From: Candidatus Latescibacterota bacterium
Lineage (GTDB): Bacteria > Latescibacterota > UBA2968 > UBA8231
DNA length: 64,000 nucleotides
Assembly (NCBI GenBank): GCA_965200315.1
Contig: OZ241362.1
Span: 3,200,001 to 3,264,000 of the forward strand
Direction of reading: 5' to 3'
Part shown: one piece after another, positions 32,433 through 42,636 of the stretch
How the letters are laid out: each line of letters begins with the position of its first letter
How positions within the stretch are numbered: the stretch's first letter is position 1
Notes under the pieces: model-generated
What the model saw: only the letters and a program-made list of their open reading frames with translations
Told to the model about the DNA's origin: nothing
The model's database searches: none
Program-made: the position numbers and the translations under genes

Positions 32433-33017
32433 ATGGCTAATAAGCCCCTCGTCGTCCTAATCGGCGACTCGATTCGCATGGGTTATCAGGACCAAGTCGT
32501 CAGCGAGTTGGCTGGTCGAGCCGAGGTTTGGGCACCCGAAGAAAACGGCGGTGACAGTCGCAATGTTCTCGCGCATCTGGAACAGTGGGTGCTCGTGCGC
32601 CAGCCGGACCTGATACACGTCAATTGTGGGTTGCACGATTTGAAGAGGGCCTTTGGCGCAGAATCCGCAGTGCCCTTGGCCGAATACGAGCGCAACGTGC
32701 GCCAGATATTGCAGAAGCTGCAACGCGAGTTGAACGGGGCCGTCGTCTGGGCCACCACCACGCCGGTGGACGAGACTTGGCACCACCAGAACAAGGGCTT
32801 CGACCGCTTGGAGGCCGATGTAGAAGCCTACAATGCGGCTGCTCGCGCCGTGGCGGTGGATCTAGGGGTGCCGATTGACGACCTCTTTGCCGTTGTCCAA
32901 CAAGAGGGAAAAGCGCGGCTTTTGACCCAAGACGGGGTGCATTTTACTGCGGAGGGATCGCAGCTATTGGGGCGCGTGGTGGCCGAGTGCATCTGGGGGC
33001 ATCTGCCGGACCGCTAA
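32433..33017 (+). CDS. SGNH/GDSL hydrolase
   Basis: GDSI, NCGLHD, DGVH. Confidence 0.92.
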   Translation: MANKPLVVLIGDSIRMGYQDQVVSELAGRAEVWAPEENGGDSRNVLAHLEQWVLVRQPDLIHVNCGLHDLKRAFGAESAVPLAEYERNVRQILQKLQRELNGAVVWATTTPVDETWHHQNKGFDRLEADVEAYNAAARAVAVDLGVPIDDLFAVVQQEGKARLLTQDGVHFTAEGSQLLGRVVAECIWGHLPDR

Positions 33018-33020
33018 CTT

Positions 33021-34883
33021 ATGGAAGAAGTAGCACAGACTCGGCAGGAGCGAGCGCAGCAAATCGCCGCAACCGGAGCTATTGGGGTGCTGGGCCGCCG
33101 CATCGACACTACGGTATCTGAGGCGCTAGTCTTGGGGCTTTGGTTGCAAGGCGTGCGGACCTTCTTTTGCGTCTTCGGCCACGGCTCGACCGAGATCGGC
33201 GAGGTCTTGCGGATTTATCAAGAAGCCGGGCTAGTGAGCGTCTGTGGGGTACGCAGCGAAATCGAGGCGTCACACGCGGCCGCGGCCTTGCGCTGGGTGC
33301 GCGGCGAAAAGGCCGCGGTCGTCACTTCGATCGGCCCGGGTGCCCTGCAAGCGCTGGCGGCCTCCATTGTCCCGCGCTCGGACGGGTTGGGCATCTGGTA
33401 TCTGCTCGGAGACGAGACGACCCAAGACGAAGGCCCGAACATGCAGCAGATCCCCGGGACCGAACAAAGCGCCTTCTTGCGGCTGTTTGGCACCATGAGC
33501 CGGGCGTACTCGCTGCACACGCCGCTGGCACTTGCCACCGCGTTGCGGCGCGGACTCAACGCGGTGGATCATCCGCATGGGGCCGCGCCGTTTTTCTTGC
33601 TCTTGCCGCTCAACGTGCAGCCTGCGGAGTTGGCGCAGTTCAATTTGGACGAGCTGCCCGTGGGCGCCCCGCCCCCGTTGGGTGCGGCCGCGGATGAGGG
33701 TCGCTACTCAGAGGCGGCCGCCGCCATTGCCGCGGCCGAGCGCGTCATCGTCAAGGTCGGCGGTGGTGCGCGTGGGGCCGGGGCGGAGTTGGCGGAGTTG
33801 TTAGAGCTAGCCGACGCAGTGGCCGTGACCAGTCCCTTAGTCTCTGGCGTCTTGCCGCACGACCATCCGCGCAACATGACCGTCGGCGGCAGCAAAGGAT
33901 CGATCTGCGGCAACTATGCGATGGAGGGAGCCGATTTCTTGATCGCCGTTGGCTCGCGCTTTGTCTGTCAGTCCGATTCGTCGCGCACGGGCTATCCGCA
34001 CGTGCAGGGAGTCGTCAATATCAACGCCGATCCAGAAACCGCCACCCACTACGGCAAGACCATGGCCTTCGTCGGCGATGCGGCCGGGACGCTACGGAAA
34101 CTGAATTGCGCGCTCAGCGCCAGCCGCGTACAAAACGGCTCTCCTTCGGCTTGGTTGCAAGCCTGTAGCGACAAGAAGCGGGAATGGGCGGCGTTTAAGG
34201 CTGTGCGCTATCGGAAGTCGGTGCTGTACGACGAGATGTGGGACGCGGAGGTTATGACCCAACCGACGGCCATCAAGGTGGCCACGGATTGGGCCCGGGC
34301 CCGCGACGCCGTGTGTTTTTTCGACGCCGGCGACGTGCAGGCCAACGGCTTCCAAGTGGTGGAGGACGATCGCTTGGGCCGCACCTTTACAGAGACCGGC
34401 GCGAGCTACATGGGTTTTGCAGTCTCGGCGCTGTTGGCCACCGCGGTAGCAGCCGAGCCGTTCTACGGGTTGGCCATTAGCGGCGATGGCTCTTTCACCA
34501 TGAATCCGCAGGTGCTCATCGACGGCGTAGAGCACAAAGCGACCGGGTGCATCCTGCTGTTGGACAACCGGCGGATGGGCGCGATATCGGGCCTGCAACT
34601 GGCCCAGTATGGTGCTGATTGTGGCACCTCGGACCGCGTGGCCGTTGACTACGTGGCTTGGGCGGGTGCCGTGGAGGGCGTGTTCGCGTTGAGCGGCGGG
34701 TATTCGCCCGAGGCGCTGGAGAGGGCGTTGGACCAGGCGCGGGCGCACGATGGCTTGTCGCTGATACATATCCCCGTTTATTTCGGGCCAGACGAGCGCG
34801 GGGGCTTGGGGGCCTTTGGCCGCTGGAACGTCGGCAACTGGTGCGCCGATACCGAGGCGCTGCGCCACGAGATTGGACTCTGA
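33021..34883 (+). CDS. ThDP-dependent enzyme, IolD-like
   Basis: FGHG, TSIGPG, SYMGF, GDGSF...DN ThDP motif. Confidence 0.82.
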   Translation: MEEVAQTRQERAQQIAATGAIGVLGRRIDTTVSEALVLGLWLQGVRTFFCVFGHGSTEIGEVLRIYQEAGLVSVCGVRSEIEASHAAAALRWVRGEKAAVVTSIGPGALQALAASIVPRSDGLGIWYLLGDETTQDEGPNMQQIPGTEQSAFLRLFGTMSRAYSLHTPLALATALRRGLNAVDHPHGAAPFFLLLPLNVQPAELAQFNLDELPVGAPPPLGAAADEGRYSEAAAAIAAAERVIVKVGGGARGAGAELAELLELADAVAVTSPLVSGVLPHDHPRNMTVGGSKGSICGNYAMEGADFLIAVGSRFVCQSDSSRTGYPHVQGVVNINADPETATHYGKTMAFVGDAAGTLRKLNCALSASRVQNGSPSAWLQACSDKKREWAAFKAVRYRKSVLYDEMWDAEVMTQPTAIKVATDWARARDAVCFFDAGDVQANGFQVVEDDRLGRTFTETGASYMGFAVSALLATAVAAEPFYGLAISGDGSFTMNPQVLIDGVEHKATGCILLLDNRRMGAISGLQLAQYGADCGTSDRVAVDYVAWAGAVEGVFALSGGYSPEALERALDQARAHDGLSLIHIPVYFGPDERGGLGAFGRWNVGNWCADTEALRHEIGL

Positions 34884-34963
34884 ATCCGCAGATAGACGCA
34901 GATGAGCGCCGATGCGAATCGGCTTGTACATACTATCTGCGTCATATCTGCGTCCATCCGCGA
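34883..34963. repeat. Palindromic intergenic repeat (CGCAGAT type)
   Basis: ATCCGCAGATAGACGCAGATGAGCGCCGAT...ATCTGCGTCATATCTGCGTCCATCCGCG. Confidence 0.75.
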
Positions 34964-34984
34964 ATTATCTAATGGAGGAATCGC

Positions 34985-35998
34985 ATGAAAATTGCCATGC
35001 TGCACGGTCCGCGCGACTTGCGGATTGAAGATCTGACGCTGGACACGGAGAGTTTGGCGGACGACCAAATTTGGGTGGAGACGGAGGTTACGGGATTTAA
35101 GATCGGCACCGACCGCGGCAACTACGAAGGGGCCGAACAGGTGCCTGGGGCCCCGGATTTTCCGCGCTGGGTGGGCGACAGCAACCTAGGCGTGGTGCGA
35201 GGTGTCGGCAGCAAGGTTGCCAAGTTTGCGGTGGGGGATCGGGTGGTATCGCGGCATCCCCATCAGTCGGCGTACGTGGCGCGGGACAGCGAGAGCATCA
35301 TACCCGTGCCAGATGGGGTGGCGGCCGAAGACGCGGTGTTCGCCCATTTGTACGCCTTGAGCATGCATTGCTACACCAAGGCGTTTTTCGCGCCCGGCGA
35401 GACCGTGGCTGTGGTGGGGTTGGGCGTCTTAGGGCTGGGGGCCGTGGCACTAGGCCCGCTTTTTGGTGCGCGGGTCGTGGGATTGGGCAACAGCCCAGTG
35501 CGCTTGGATATGGCGCGTCAGATGGGGGCACACGAGGCCCTGTTGTCGGACGACCCCGAGCTAGCGGCCAAACTGGACGAATTCACCCACGGGCAGGGGA
35601 TCGACTTGGTGATCCTGACGGCCAACCCCTGGCCGGCGTATCGCACGGCCTTGGAAGTAGTCCGAACCAACGGGCGGGTGTCCATCGTCAGCTTGCCCGG
35701 GCGGGGCGAAGAGCCGCTAAATTTTAACCCGTTGGACATGCGCTGGTTTTACTTCAAGGGCATTTCGCTCTGCGCCGTCAACGACCGGGCCGGGTCGCTT
35801 TTTCCGCCGCCGGAAGGAGATCGCTTTGACAACGACAGCCGCTGTGCCCACGTGCTCTCGCTGATGCAGGAGGGCAAGCTCCAGCCGAGCCGCTTGGTCA
35901 CCCACCGGCTGCACTACTCGGACATGATCCAAGCCTACGAGATGGCGTATCACCGCGAGAAAAACATGCTCAACGTGGTATTCAACTGGAAGGACTGA
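34985..35998 (+). CDS. MDR-family (zinc-binding-type) dehydrogenase
   Basis: HGPRDLRIE, GLGVLG, LVTHRL. Confidence 0.9.
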   Translation: MKIAMLHGPRDLRIEDLTLDTESLADDQIWVETEVTGFKIGTDRGNYEGAEQVPGAPDFPRWVGDSNLGVVRGVGSKVAKFAVGDRVVSRHPHQSAYVARDSESIIPVPDGVAAEDAVFAHLYALSMHCYTKAFFAPGETVAVVGLGVLGLGAVALGPLFGARVVGLGNSPVRLDMARQMGAHEALLSDDPELAAKLDEFTHGQGIDLVILTANPWPAYRTALEVVRTNGRVSIVSLPGRGEEPLNFNPLDMRWFYFKGISLCAVNDRAGSLFPPPEGDRFDNDSRCAHVLSLMQEGKLQPSRLVTHRLHYSDMIQAYEMAYHREKNMLNVVFNWKD

Positions 35999-36005
35999 AG
36001 CGCTT

Positions 36006-36845
36006 ATGGAGCTTTTGCCGACGACCAATGCCGACGGGCGAGATGTCGTCCCGATGACCGAGGCCCAGCAGTACCTCTTCGACCTCAAGGGGTTTGTCCT
36101 CTTGCCCGCGCTGTTGAGCGAAGCAGAGCTGATGCTGATCCGCGCCCACCAGATGAAATTTCTCTACGAACGCGAGTCCCTGCCGCCGGACGAGCGCGAC
36201 AATCACGGCGGCCCGGCGCAAATTTTGCTCGACCATCCGGCGGTAGTGGGCGTGCTCAACGAGGTGCTCTCTCATCAGGCGCTGGCCAGCGAAGCCTGCT
36301 ATGGGTTTCGCTACGACCACACCTATACCAGTCATCGCCAAGCCGGGCACGACAACTTCGGCCCGCACGGCGGTGGCGGGTACTTCAACTTTCGCGGCAA
36401 CTCGCACATCTACCAGATGCAGCCGGGCAAGGTGCATTCCGGCCTGACGCGGGTAGTGTGGGAGCTCAACGAAGTCGGCGAGGGCGACGGGGGCACGCTT
36501 TTTCTGCCGGGCAGCCACAAGGCCGCTTTCTCCCGGCCCGACGAGCTGAGCGAGCGCGATAGTGCGCTGTGGGAGAGCTATACCTGCCCGGCCGGTTCGG
36601 CCGTGATTTTCACCGAGGCCCTGTGCCATTCGGGTACGCGCTGGACCAACCAGCAGCGCGACCGGCTGAGCTTGTTCACCTGTTACGACACCGTCAATTC
36701 CAAGTGGGGCAAAGGCTGCCCGCCCGCCGAAGTGATCGCCTCGTTTCCAGAGAAGCGTCGCACGCTCTTCCGGGGCGTGTGGCACGGGATGAGCGATGTG
36801 CCCGGCATCAACAAATACTACGAAGTAGCTAACCAAGCCGTTTGA
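36006..36845 (+). CDS. Phytanoyl-CoA dioxygenase family protein
   Basis: YLFDLKGF, PGSHK, FTEALCH. Confidence 0.85.
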   Translation: MELLPTTNADGRDVVPMTEAQQYLFDLKGFVLLPALLSEAELMLIRAHQMKFLYERESLPPDERDNHGGPAQILLDHPAVVGVLNEVLSHQALASEACYGFRYDHTYTSHRQAGHDNFGPHGGGGYFNFRGNSHIYQMQPGKVHSGLTRVVWELNEVGEGDGGTLFLPGSHKAAFSRPDELSERDSALWESYTCPAGSAVIFTEALCHSGTRWTNQQRDRLSLFTCYDTVNSKWGKGCPPAEVIASFPEKRRTLFRGVWHGMSDVPGINKYYEVANQAV

Positions 36846-36865
36846 GCGCGACGCAAGAATTCTGC

Positions 36866-39592
36866 ATGAGCGAAAAAGTTCTCTTCCTGCTCGATGGCAT
36901 GGCGTTGGTCTATCGGGGCCATTTCGCCTTGATCCGCAATCCGCGTCTGACCTCAAAGGGCATGAACACGTCGGCCGTTTTTGCCTTTGCCAACACCTTG
37001 CTCTCCATCATCGAAAAGGGCGAGCCGACACATATCGCCGTCGTCTTCGACACACCTGAGCCCACGCACCGGCACCGCAAGTACGAAGAATACAAAGCCC
37101 AGCGCGAGGCGATGCCCGAGGACTTGAGCCAAGCACTGCCTTATGTATTCCGGCTCTGCGAGGCGTTTAACATTCCGGTCTTGCGCGAGCCGGGGTGGGA
37201 GGCCGACGACGTGATCGGCACGTTGACCAAAAAGGCCGAGGCCGAGGGGTTTGCGACGTACATGGTCACGCCCGACAAAGACTACGGCCAGCTCGTTTCC
37301 GAGCGGAGCTTTATGTACAAGCCGGGGCGCGGCGGCGACGAGGCCGAGGTTTTGGGGGTGCCGGAGATTCTCGCCCAATGGCAGGTCGAGCGGATCGACC
37401 AAGTGATCGATGTGTTGGGGCTGATGGGCGACTCTTCGGACAATGTGCCGGGCGTCCCTGGGATCGGCCCCAAGACAGCGCAAAAGCTCATCGCCCAGTA
37501 CGGCAGCGTCGAAGAGTTGCTGGCGCATACCGACCAGCTCAAGGGCAAGCAGAAACAGAACGTAGAGGAACACCGGGAACAGGCCCTCCTTTCCAAGGAA
37601 CTGGTCACCATCGAGTGCAATGTCCCGCTGGACGCGGGGCTGGCGGATTTGGTTAAGGCCGAATGGGACCGCCAGAAGCTAAAGGCCCTCTTCACTGAAT
37701 TGGAATTCAATACGCTGGGCCGGCGGCTCCTCGGCGACGATTTTAGCACTGAAAAGGAGCAGGACCACGGCCCGCTCAAAGGGGTGGCGGATGTGGAGCA
37801 CGACTATCAGCTCGCCGATGCGCCCGACAAGCGACGGGCGTTGATCGCGGCGCTATTGGAGCAGCCCGCGTTTTGCTTTGACTGCGAGACCAACGGCCTC
37901 GACGTCCGGCGATGCGACTTGATTGGCTTGGCCTTTTCGTGGGCACCGGGCACGGGCCACTACGTGCCGCTGCCTCGGGAGCGGGCCGAGGTGCTAGCCG
38001 TTTTGGAGGAATTCCGCCCGGTTTTTGCAAGTAGAGAGAGCGAAAAAATCGGCCACAACCTCAAGTACGATCTCAGCGTCCTCCGCTGGCACGGCATGCG
38101 GGTCGAAGGCCCGTTCTTCGACACCATGCTGGCGGCGACCTTGGCCGAGCCAGAGCTGAGACGCAGCATGGACGAGCTGGCCAAGAGCCTGCTCTCCTAC
38201 TCACCCAAGCCCATATCCGAGCTGATCGGCGAGCGCGGCGGTGAGCAGCTAACGCTCTTGCAGGTGCCGGTGGAGCAAGTGGCCGAGTACGCCTGCGAGG
38301 ACGCGGACATTACCTTCCAGCTCGCTGCGGCGCTGCGGCCGAAAATCGAAGCCATGGATCAGCAGCGCGTTTTTTACGAGATCGAGGCCCCGCTCCTGCC
38401 GGTGCTGGTCGATATGGAATACGAGGGCATCCGCATGGAAACGGCGGCCCTCTCCGCGCTCTCGCGGCAGTTTGAGGAGGCCATTGAGCAGGCTGCTGAG
38501 CGCGTCTTTGAGCTAGCCGGCGAGCGCTTCAACCTCAATTCGGGCCATCAGCTCGGGACTGTGCTGTTTGAGAAGTTGGGGCTGGACCCCAAGGCGCGGC
38601 GGACGCAGAAGACCGGCCAGTACCAGACGGGCGAGCAGATCTTGCGCCGCTTGTCCCATCGCCACGAAATCGTGCGGCAGGTGCTCGACTACCGATTGCA
38701 CACCAAGCTCAAGTCGACGTATGTGGATCAGCTACCTAGCGCGGTCTTTAAGAACACTGGGCGCGTCCACACCAACTACGAGCAGCTGATGACCGCTACC
38801 GGGCGCATGAAATCCGACCGCCCGAACCTCCAGAACATCCCCATCCGCAGCGAGCAGGGGCGGGAAATCCGCCGTGCCTTTGTGCCGCGCAGCAGCGAAT
38901 ACCAGCTTTTCTCGGCCGACTATTCACAGATCGAGCTGCGGATCGCCGCTGCGCTTAGCAGTGACGAGGGGATGCTGGACACGTTTAGGAGCGGTGGCGA
39001 CATCCATGTAGCGACCGCGACAAGGATCTACGGGGTTGCCGAGGAGCAGGTGACGGCGCAGATGCGGCGGCAGGCCAAGACGGTGAACTTCGGTATCATC
39101 TATGGGATTTCGGCGTTTGGACTGGCCGAGCGGCTCGACATTTCGCGCGGAGCGGCCAAAGATCAGATAGACGAGTACTTTGCTCAGTATCCCGGCGTGA
39201 AGTGTTACATCGACGAAACCGTGGAGTTCGCCCGCGACAAGGGCTACGTCGAGACGGTGACCGGGCGGCGGCGCTATCTGCGCGACATTAACTCGCGCAA
39301 CGCCACCACCCGCAAAGGGGCCGAGCGCAACGCCATCAATACCCGCATTCAGGGCACGGCTGCTGACATGATTAAGCTGGCGATGAGCCGCATTCACCGG
39401 CTGCTGCTGAAGGAGAGGTTCCGTTCGGCCATGCTGTTGCAGGTCCACGACGAATTGGTCTTCGACCTGCACCGGGACGAGGTGGAGACTCTACCGCCGC
39501 TAGTCGCGCGCGAGATGCGCGAGGCCCTGCCGATGGAGGTGCCGGTGGACATTGAGGTGGGGATGGGTGAGAACTGGCTGGAGGCGCACTGA
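36866..39592 (+). CDS. polA: DNA polymerase I
   Basis: 5'-3' exo (LLDG, EADD, GDSSDN), PNLQNIP, DYSQIELR, QVHDEL, NWLEAH. Confidence 0.98.
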   Translation: MSEKVLFLLDGMALVYRGHFALIRNPRLTSKGMNTSAVFAFANTLLSIIEKGEPTHIAVVFDTPEPTHRHRKYEEYKAQREAMPEDLSQALPYVFRLCEAFNIPVLREPGWEADDVIGTLTKKAEAEGFATYMVTPDKDYGQLVSERSFMYKPGRGGDEAEVLGVPEILAQWQVERIDQVIDVLGLMGDSSDNVPGVPGIGPKTAQKLIAQYGSVEELLAHTDQLKGKQKQNVEEHREQALLSKELVTIECNVPLDAGLADLVKAEWDRQKLKALFTELEFNTLGRRLLGDDFSTEKEQDHGPLKGVADVEHDYQLADAPDKRRALIAALLEQPAFCFDCETNGLDVRRCDLIGLAFSWAPGTGHYVPLPRERAEVLAVLEEFRPVFASRESEKIGHNLKYDLSVLRWHGMRVEGPFFDTMLAATLAEPELRRSMDELAKSLLSYSPKPISELIGERGGEQLTLLQVPVEQVAEYACEDADITFQLAAALRPKIEAMDQQRVFYEIEAPLLPVLVDMEYEGIRMETAALSALSRQFEEAIEQAAERVFELAGERFNLNSGHQLGTVLFEKLGLDPKARRTQKTGQYQTGEQILRRLSHRHEIVRQVLDYRLHTKLKSTYVDQLPSAVFKNTGRVHTNYEQLMTATGRMKSDRPNLQNIPIRSEQGREIRRAFVPRSSEYQLFSADYSQIELRIAAALSSDEGMLDTFRSGGDIHVATATRIYGVAEEQVTAQMRRQAKTVNFGIIYGISAFGLAERLDISRGAAKDQIDEYFAQYPGVKCYIDETVEFARDKGYVETVTGRRRYLRDINSRNATTRKGAERNAINTRIQGTAADMIKLAMSRIHRLLLKERFRSAMLLQVHDELVFDLHRDEVETLPPLVAREMREALPMEVPVDIEVGMGENWLEAH

Positions 39593-39597
39593 GGGGC
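39561..39597 (+). repeat. Direct repeat copy 1 (polA 3' end)
   Basis: GGATGGGTGAGAACTGGCTGGAGGCGCACTGAGGGGC. Confidence 0.95.
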
Positions 39598-39666
39598 CGA
39601 GCGGATGCTGGGAAGCTATGATTGTACGCAGGAAAATATGGCACGTGCGTCTGCGAGGGACGCAAA

Positions 39667-41772
39667 ATGACCGAATACTCAGCGTCTAAAAAAGTCAAGC
39701 CGTCGTCCGGTGTTGTGAGCGACGGACGCCAGTTGACACTGGACGAACTAATTCGTCCGCGGCAAACGGAACACAGTCTCAGTATAGATCGCGCCTTTCC
39801 CGAGGAATTTGTCAACGACCTTTCCCGTCAGGAGGTGTTCAACAAACATCTCTTTCGTCCAAACACGTATCTGCATAAATGGTGGGCGCGACGATGCGGG
39901 TCCACGTTTCGCACCATACTCAAGCAGTTTGCGGCCAACCGCGAGTGTCGCGATTACTATGCGCCTGGCGGGCTGGAAGGCATAACTGTGCTCGACCCAA
40001 TGATGGGAGGCGGCACGACTCTGCACGAGGCGATTCGCCTCGGCGCGAACGTCATCGGTGCGGATATAGACCCCATCCCGATTGTGCAGGCCCGAGCGTC
40101 ACTTACTCAGGTCGAGTTGACGGGTTTGCGAGTAGTTTTTGATCGGTTCTTCGCTGATTTGCACGATAGCTTGGGGCCTTATTTCCAGACCGAATGTCCT
40201 ACCTGTGAGCAGACTGTGGATAGCCAATACTTGCTACACGGGCTGCGTAAAAAATGCGCTTGTCGGAATGTCGTGCAGATTGACCAGTACGATTTGCGAC
40301 ACGAAGACGACGCAACAATCAGCATTTGTCCTGAGAGCGGGGAGATTTCTCGCAATCAAAATGGGCAGAAGACCGCCGTCGAAACGTTGTCTCCGGCGAC
40401 CGGAATGGTCGGTGCAACCGCGAATCTGATTACCAAAGCTGAAAAAGAATGCCCTAGCTGCGGTCAGAAGTACGAGGAACTCCTTGACTTGCCATTTTAT
40501 GCGCGCTATACGCCGCTTGCGATTGTTGCGACCTGCCCCGAGCACGGCAACTTTTTCCGCTCGCCTAGTGAAGAGGATTTGGCGCGAATCAAGCGGGCCG
40601 ACCAGCGGCGTAGTGAACTAGATTTCGGGCCGTTGGAGGATTTTAGGGTACATTACGGCCCCAAGTCCGGCGACCTTCTAAAGCACAATGTCCACTCGTA
40701 CCTCGACGTTTTTTCATCCCGTCAGCTACTGTACTTGCATCACGCGATTCGGCAACTGCGCGACTACGCGGGCATAGATAAGCTGACCCTCGGGATGCTT
40801 GTGTCCACGTCTTTAGAATTCAATGCCATGCTCTGCGGGTACAAGGGTTGGTACAAACGCCGTCCGGGCGCGATTCGGCACGTTTTCGCTTTGCATGCCT
40901 ATTCGTTCCAATACACGGTGCTAGAGAACAACCCGGTCAATCCTCGCAGGTCGTCCGGCAACCTGCAATTGCTCTTTCGCGATCGGATCGAGCGGGGACG
41001 CAAGTGGTCGGTATTGCCTGTTGAACGGAAAATTGGGGAAGACGGCAAAAGAGAGTTAGTCAAGATACCGGGAGAAGCGGATGACGGCGTTGAAGTTTTC
41101 AATCAGGCTGATCTCATGCGTGATCGGAGCCGGTTTTGGCTCATTCAGGGCGATTCGCAGAGTTTGCCTCTCGACGACCATTCCGTAGATATGATAGTGA
41201 CCGATCCTCCCTATTACGACAGTGTGCAATACAGCAATCTGGCGGCTTTTTTTCGGGTATGGCTGACGCGCCTGCTTCCCGACGAGGCCGAGTGGAGTTA
41301 CGACGAATCCGACAGTGCTGTTGCGACAAAAGCGACCGCTGGTGTTAGCAATTTTATGAGGGTACTCGCGGGAATTTTCGCAGAGTGCGGGCGCGTCCTA
41401 AAGAACCAAACTGGGCGGATGGTATTTACTTTTCACCACTGGGATCCCAGCGCATGGGCCGAACTCACGTTGGCTCTCAAAAGCGCTGGGTTTAGGCTGA
41501 TGAACGCTTACGTAGTGTACTCCGAACATCCCATCTCAGTACACATTCGCAACTTGAACTCAATCCGGCACGACAGCGTTTTGGTTTTCGCTCTCGAAGG
41601 CAACAGCCCGTCCGCTCCGTGGACACCTTTAGACACTATTGACACAAACGACAGCGGAACGTTTTGTCGGCAATGCAACGAAACGCTGGGCTGGTTGTTA
41701 GAGAGTGCATTCTCGCCTGCCGAAATTCGCGCCATTTGGAAAAATCTCATTAGAGAGGGAACGGATGGCTGA
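39667..41772 (+). CDS. Amino-DNA methyltransferase (DUF1156-like, Zn-ribbon insertion)
   Basis: LHKWWARR, LDPMMGGGTT, CxxC pairs, TDPPYYD. Confidence 0.88.
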   Translation: MTEYSASKKVKPSSGVVSDGRQLTLDELIRPRQTEHSLSIDRAFPEEFVNDLSRQEVFNKHLFRPNTYLHKWWARRCGSTFRTILKQFAANRECRDYYAPGGLEGITVLDPMMGGGTTLHEAIRLGANVIGADIDPIPIVQARASLTQVELTGLRVVFDRFFADLHDSLGPYFQTECPTCEQTVDSQYLLHGLRKKCACRNVVQIDQYDLRHEDDATISICPESGEISRNQNGQKTAVETLSPATGMVGATANLITKAEKECPSCGQKYEELLDLPFYARYTPLAIVATCPEHGNFFRSPSEEDLARIKRADQRRSELDFGPLEDFRVHYGPKSGDLLKHNVHSYLDVFSSRQLLYLHHAIRQLRDYAGIDKLTLGMLVSTSLEFNAMLCGYKGWYKRRPGAIRHVFALHAYSFQYTVLENNPVNPRRSSGNLQLLFRDRIERGRKWSVLPVERKIGEDGKRELVKIPGEADDGVEVFNQADLMRDRSRFWLIQGDSQSLPLDDHSVDMIVTDPPYYDSVQYSNLAAFFRVWLTRLLPDEAEWSYDESDSAVATKATAGVSNFMRVLAGIFAECGRVLKNQTGRMVFTFHHWDPSAWAELTLALKSAGFRLMNAYVVYSEHPISVHIRNLNSIRHDSVLVFALEGNSPSAPWTPLDTIDTNDSGTFCRQCNETLGWLLESAFSPAEIRAIWKNLIREGTDG

Positions 41773-41799
41773 GAACTGGCTGGAGGCGCACTGAGGGGC
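41763..41799 (+). repeat. Direct repeat copy 2 (duplicate of polA 3' end)
   Basis: GGATGGCTGAGAACTGGCTGGAGGCGCACTGAGGGGC, 36/37 identical to copy 1. Confidence 0.95.
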
Positions 41800-41867
41800 G
41801 CAGTTTGAGGTAGTTATACGCTTAACATGCACTGCATACGTTTTGTCCCAATGTAAGGAGAGTATCC

Positions 41868-42527
41868 ATGGGAAAGTGGGTTCAAATCAACCCGGCTTAC
41901 GTCAACAGTAAAACCGATGGCCCAATCGTGACGCTTGGCAATCAATCCGTACGCTTCAGCCAAGGGGCGGCTCGCAAGATCGGCGGTGATCAGGTCACGC
42001 GAGCTAGCATACATATTGATTATGAAAACCGTCTAATCGGATTTAAATTCTTTGACAGGGATGAGCCGAACACCTACAAGCTCATGAAGGGCAAAGGTGG
42101 AAGTTTCGTCATCCGTATTAAGCAATTGACTAAACAACATCCTTGGATTGGTTCAGCTATGGAAACACCCATTGAGGAGCGACGGTTCGAGCTCAATACC
42201 GATGATAACATCTACTTCATTCAGCTAATGCCGTCCTTCGAGGAAAGCGTGTCCAGCGTAGAGTCCATACCGAACAATGCGAGAGGCATATACCGCTTAC
42301 TAGACAGCTCTGAAACGATTGTGTATATCGGACAGGGGCGTATTGCCGACCGCATCAGGGAGCACATGGGTAAGGACTGGGGAGAGTCGGTACGTAAGAT
42401 AGAGTACTCCAAAATTGACAACGAGAAAGACAGAATTCAGTGGGAAAAATACTGGCTGGCTAGGTTTAGCGGCGAGCATGGGGAGCTTCCTAGACACAAC
42501 GCTATCGGCGGCATTCACAGGCACTGA
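41868..42527 (+). CDS. Protein with a C-terminal GIY-YIG nuclease domain
   Basis: RGIYRL...IVYIGQG...RIREH...E...P.HN; RBS AAGGAG; lower GC than its neighbours. Confidence 0.8.
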   Translation: MGKWVQINPAYVNSKTDGPIVTLGNQSVRFSQGAARKIGGDQVTRASIHIDYENRLIGFKFFDRDEPNTYKLMKGKGGSFVIRIKQLTKQHPWIGSAMETPIEERRFELNTDDNIYFIQLMPSFEESVSSVESIPNNARGIYRLLDSSETIVYIGQGRIADRIREHMGKDWGESVRKIEYSKIDNEKDRIQWEKYWLARFSGEHGELPRHNAIGGIHRH

Positions 42528-42636
42528 GCAATAAGGAAATGCCGCCATCTCAAAGTGGTTGTCTATGTGGCCATAAATGGTGACGTATTCTGTCTTGTGA
42601 GTTATATAGTTCTTTAAAAGAAAGGCACTAGCAACA

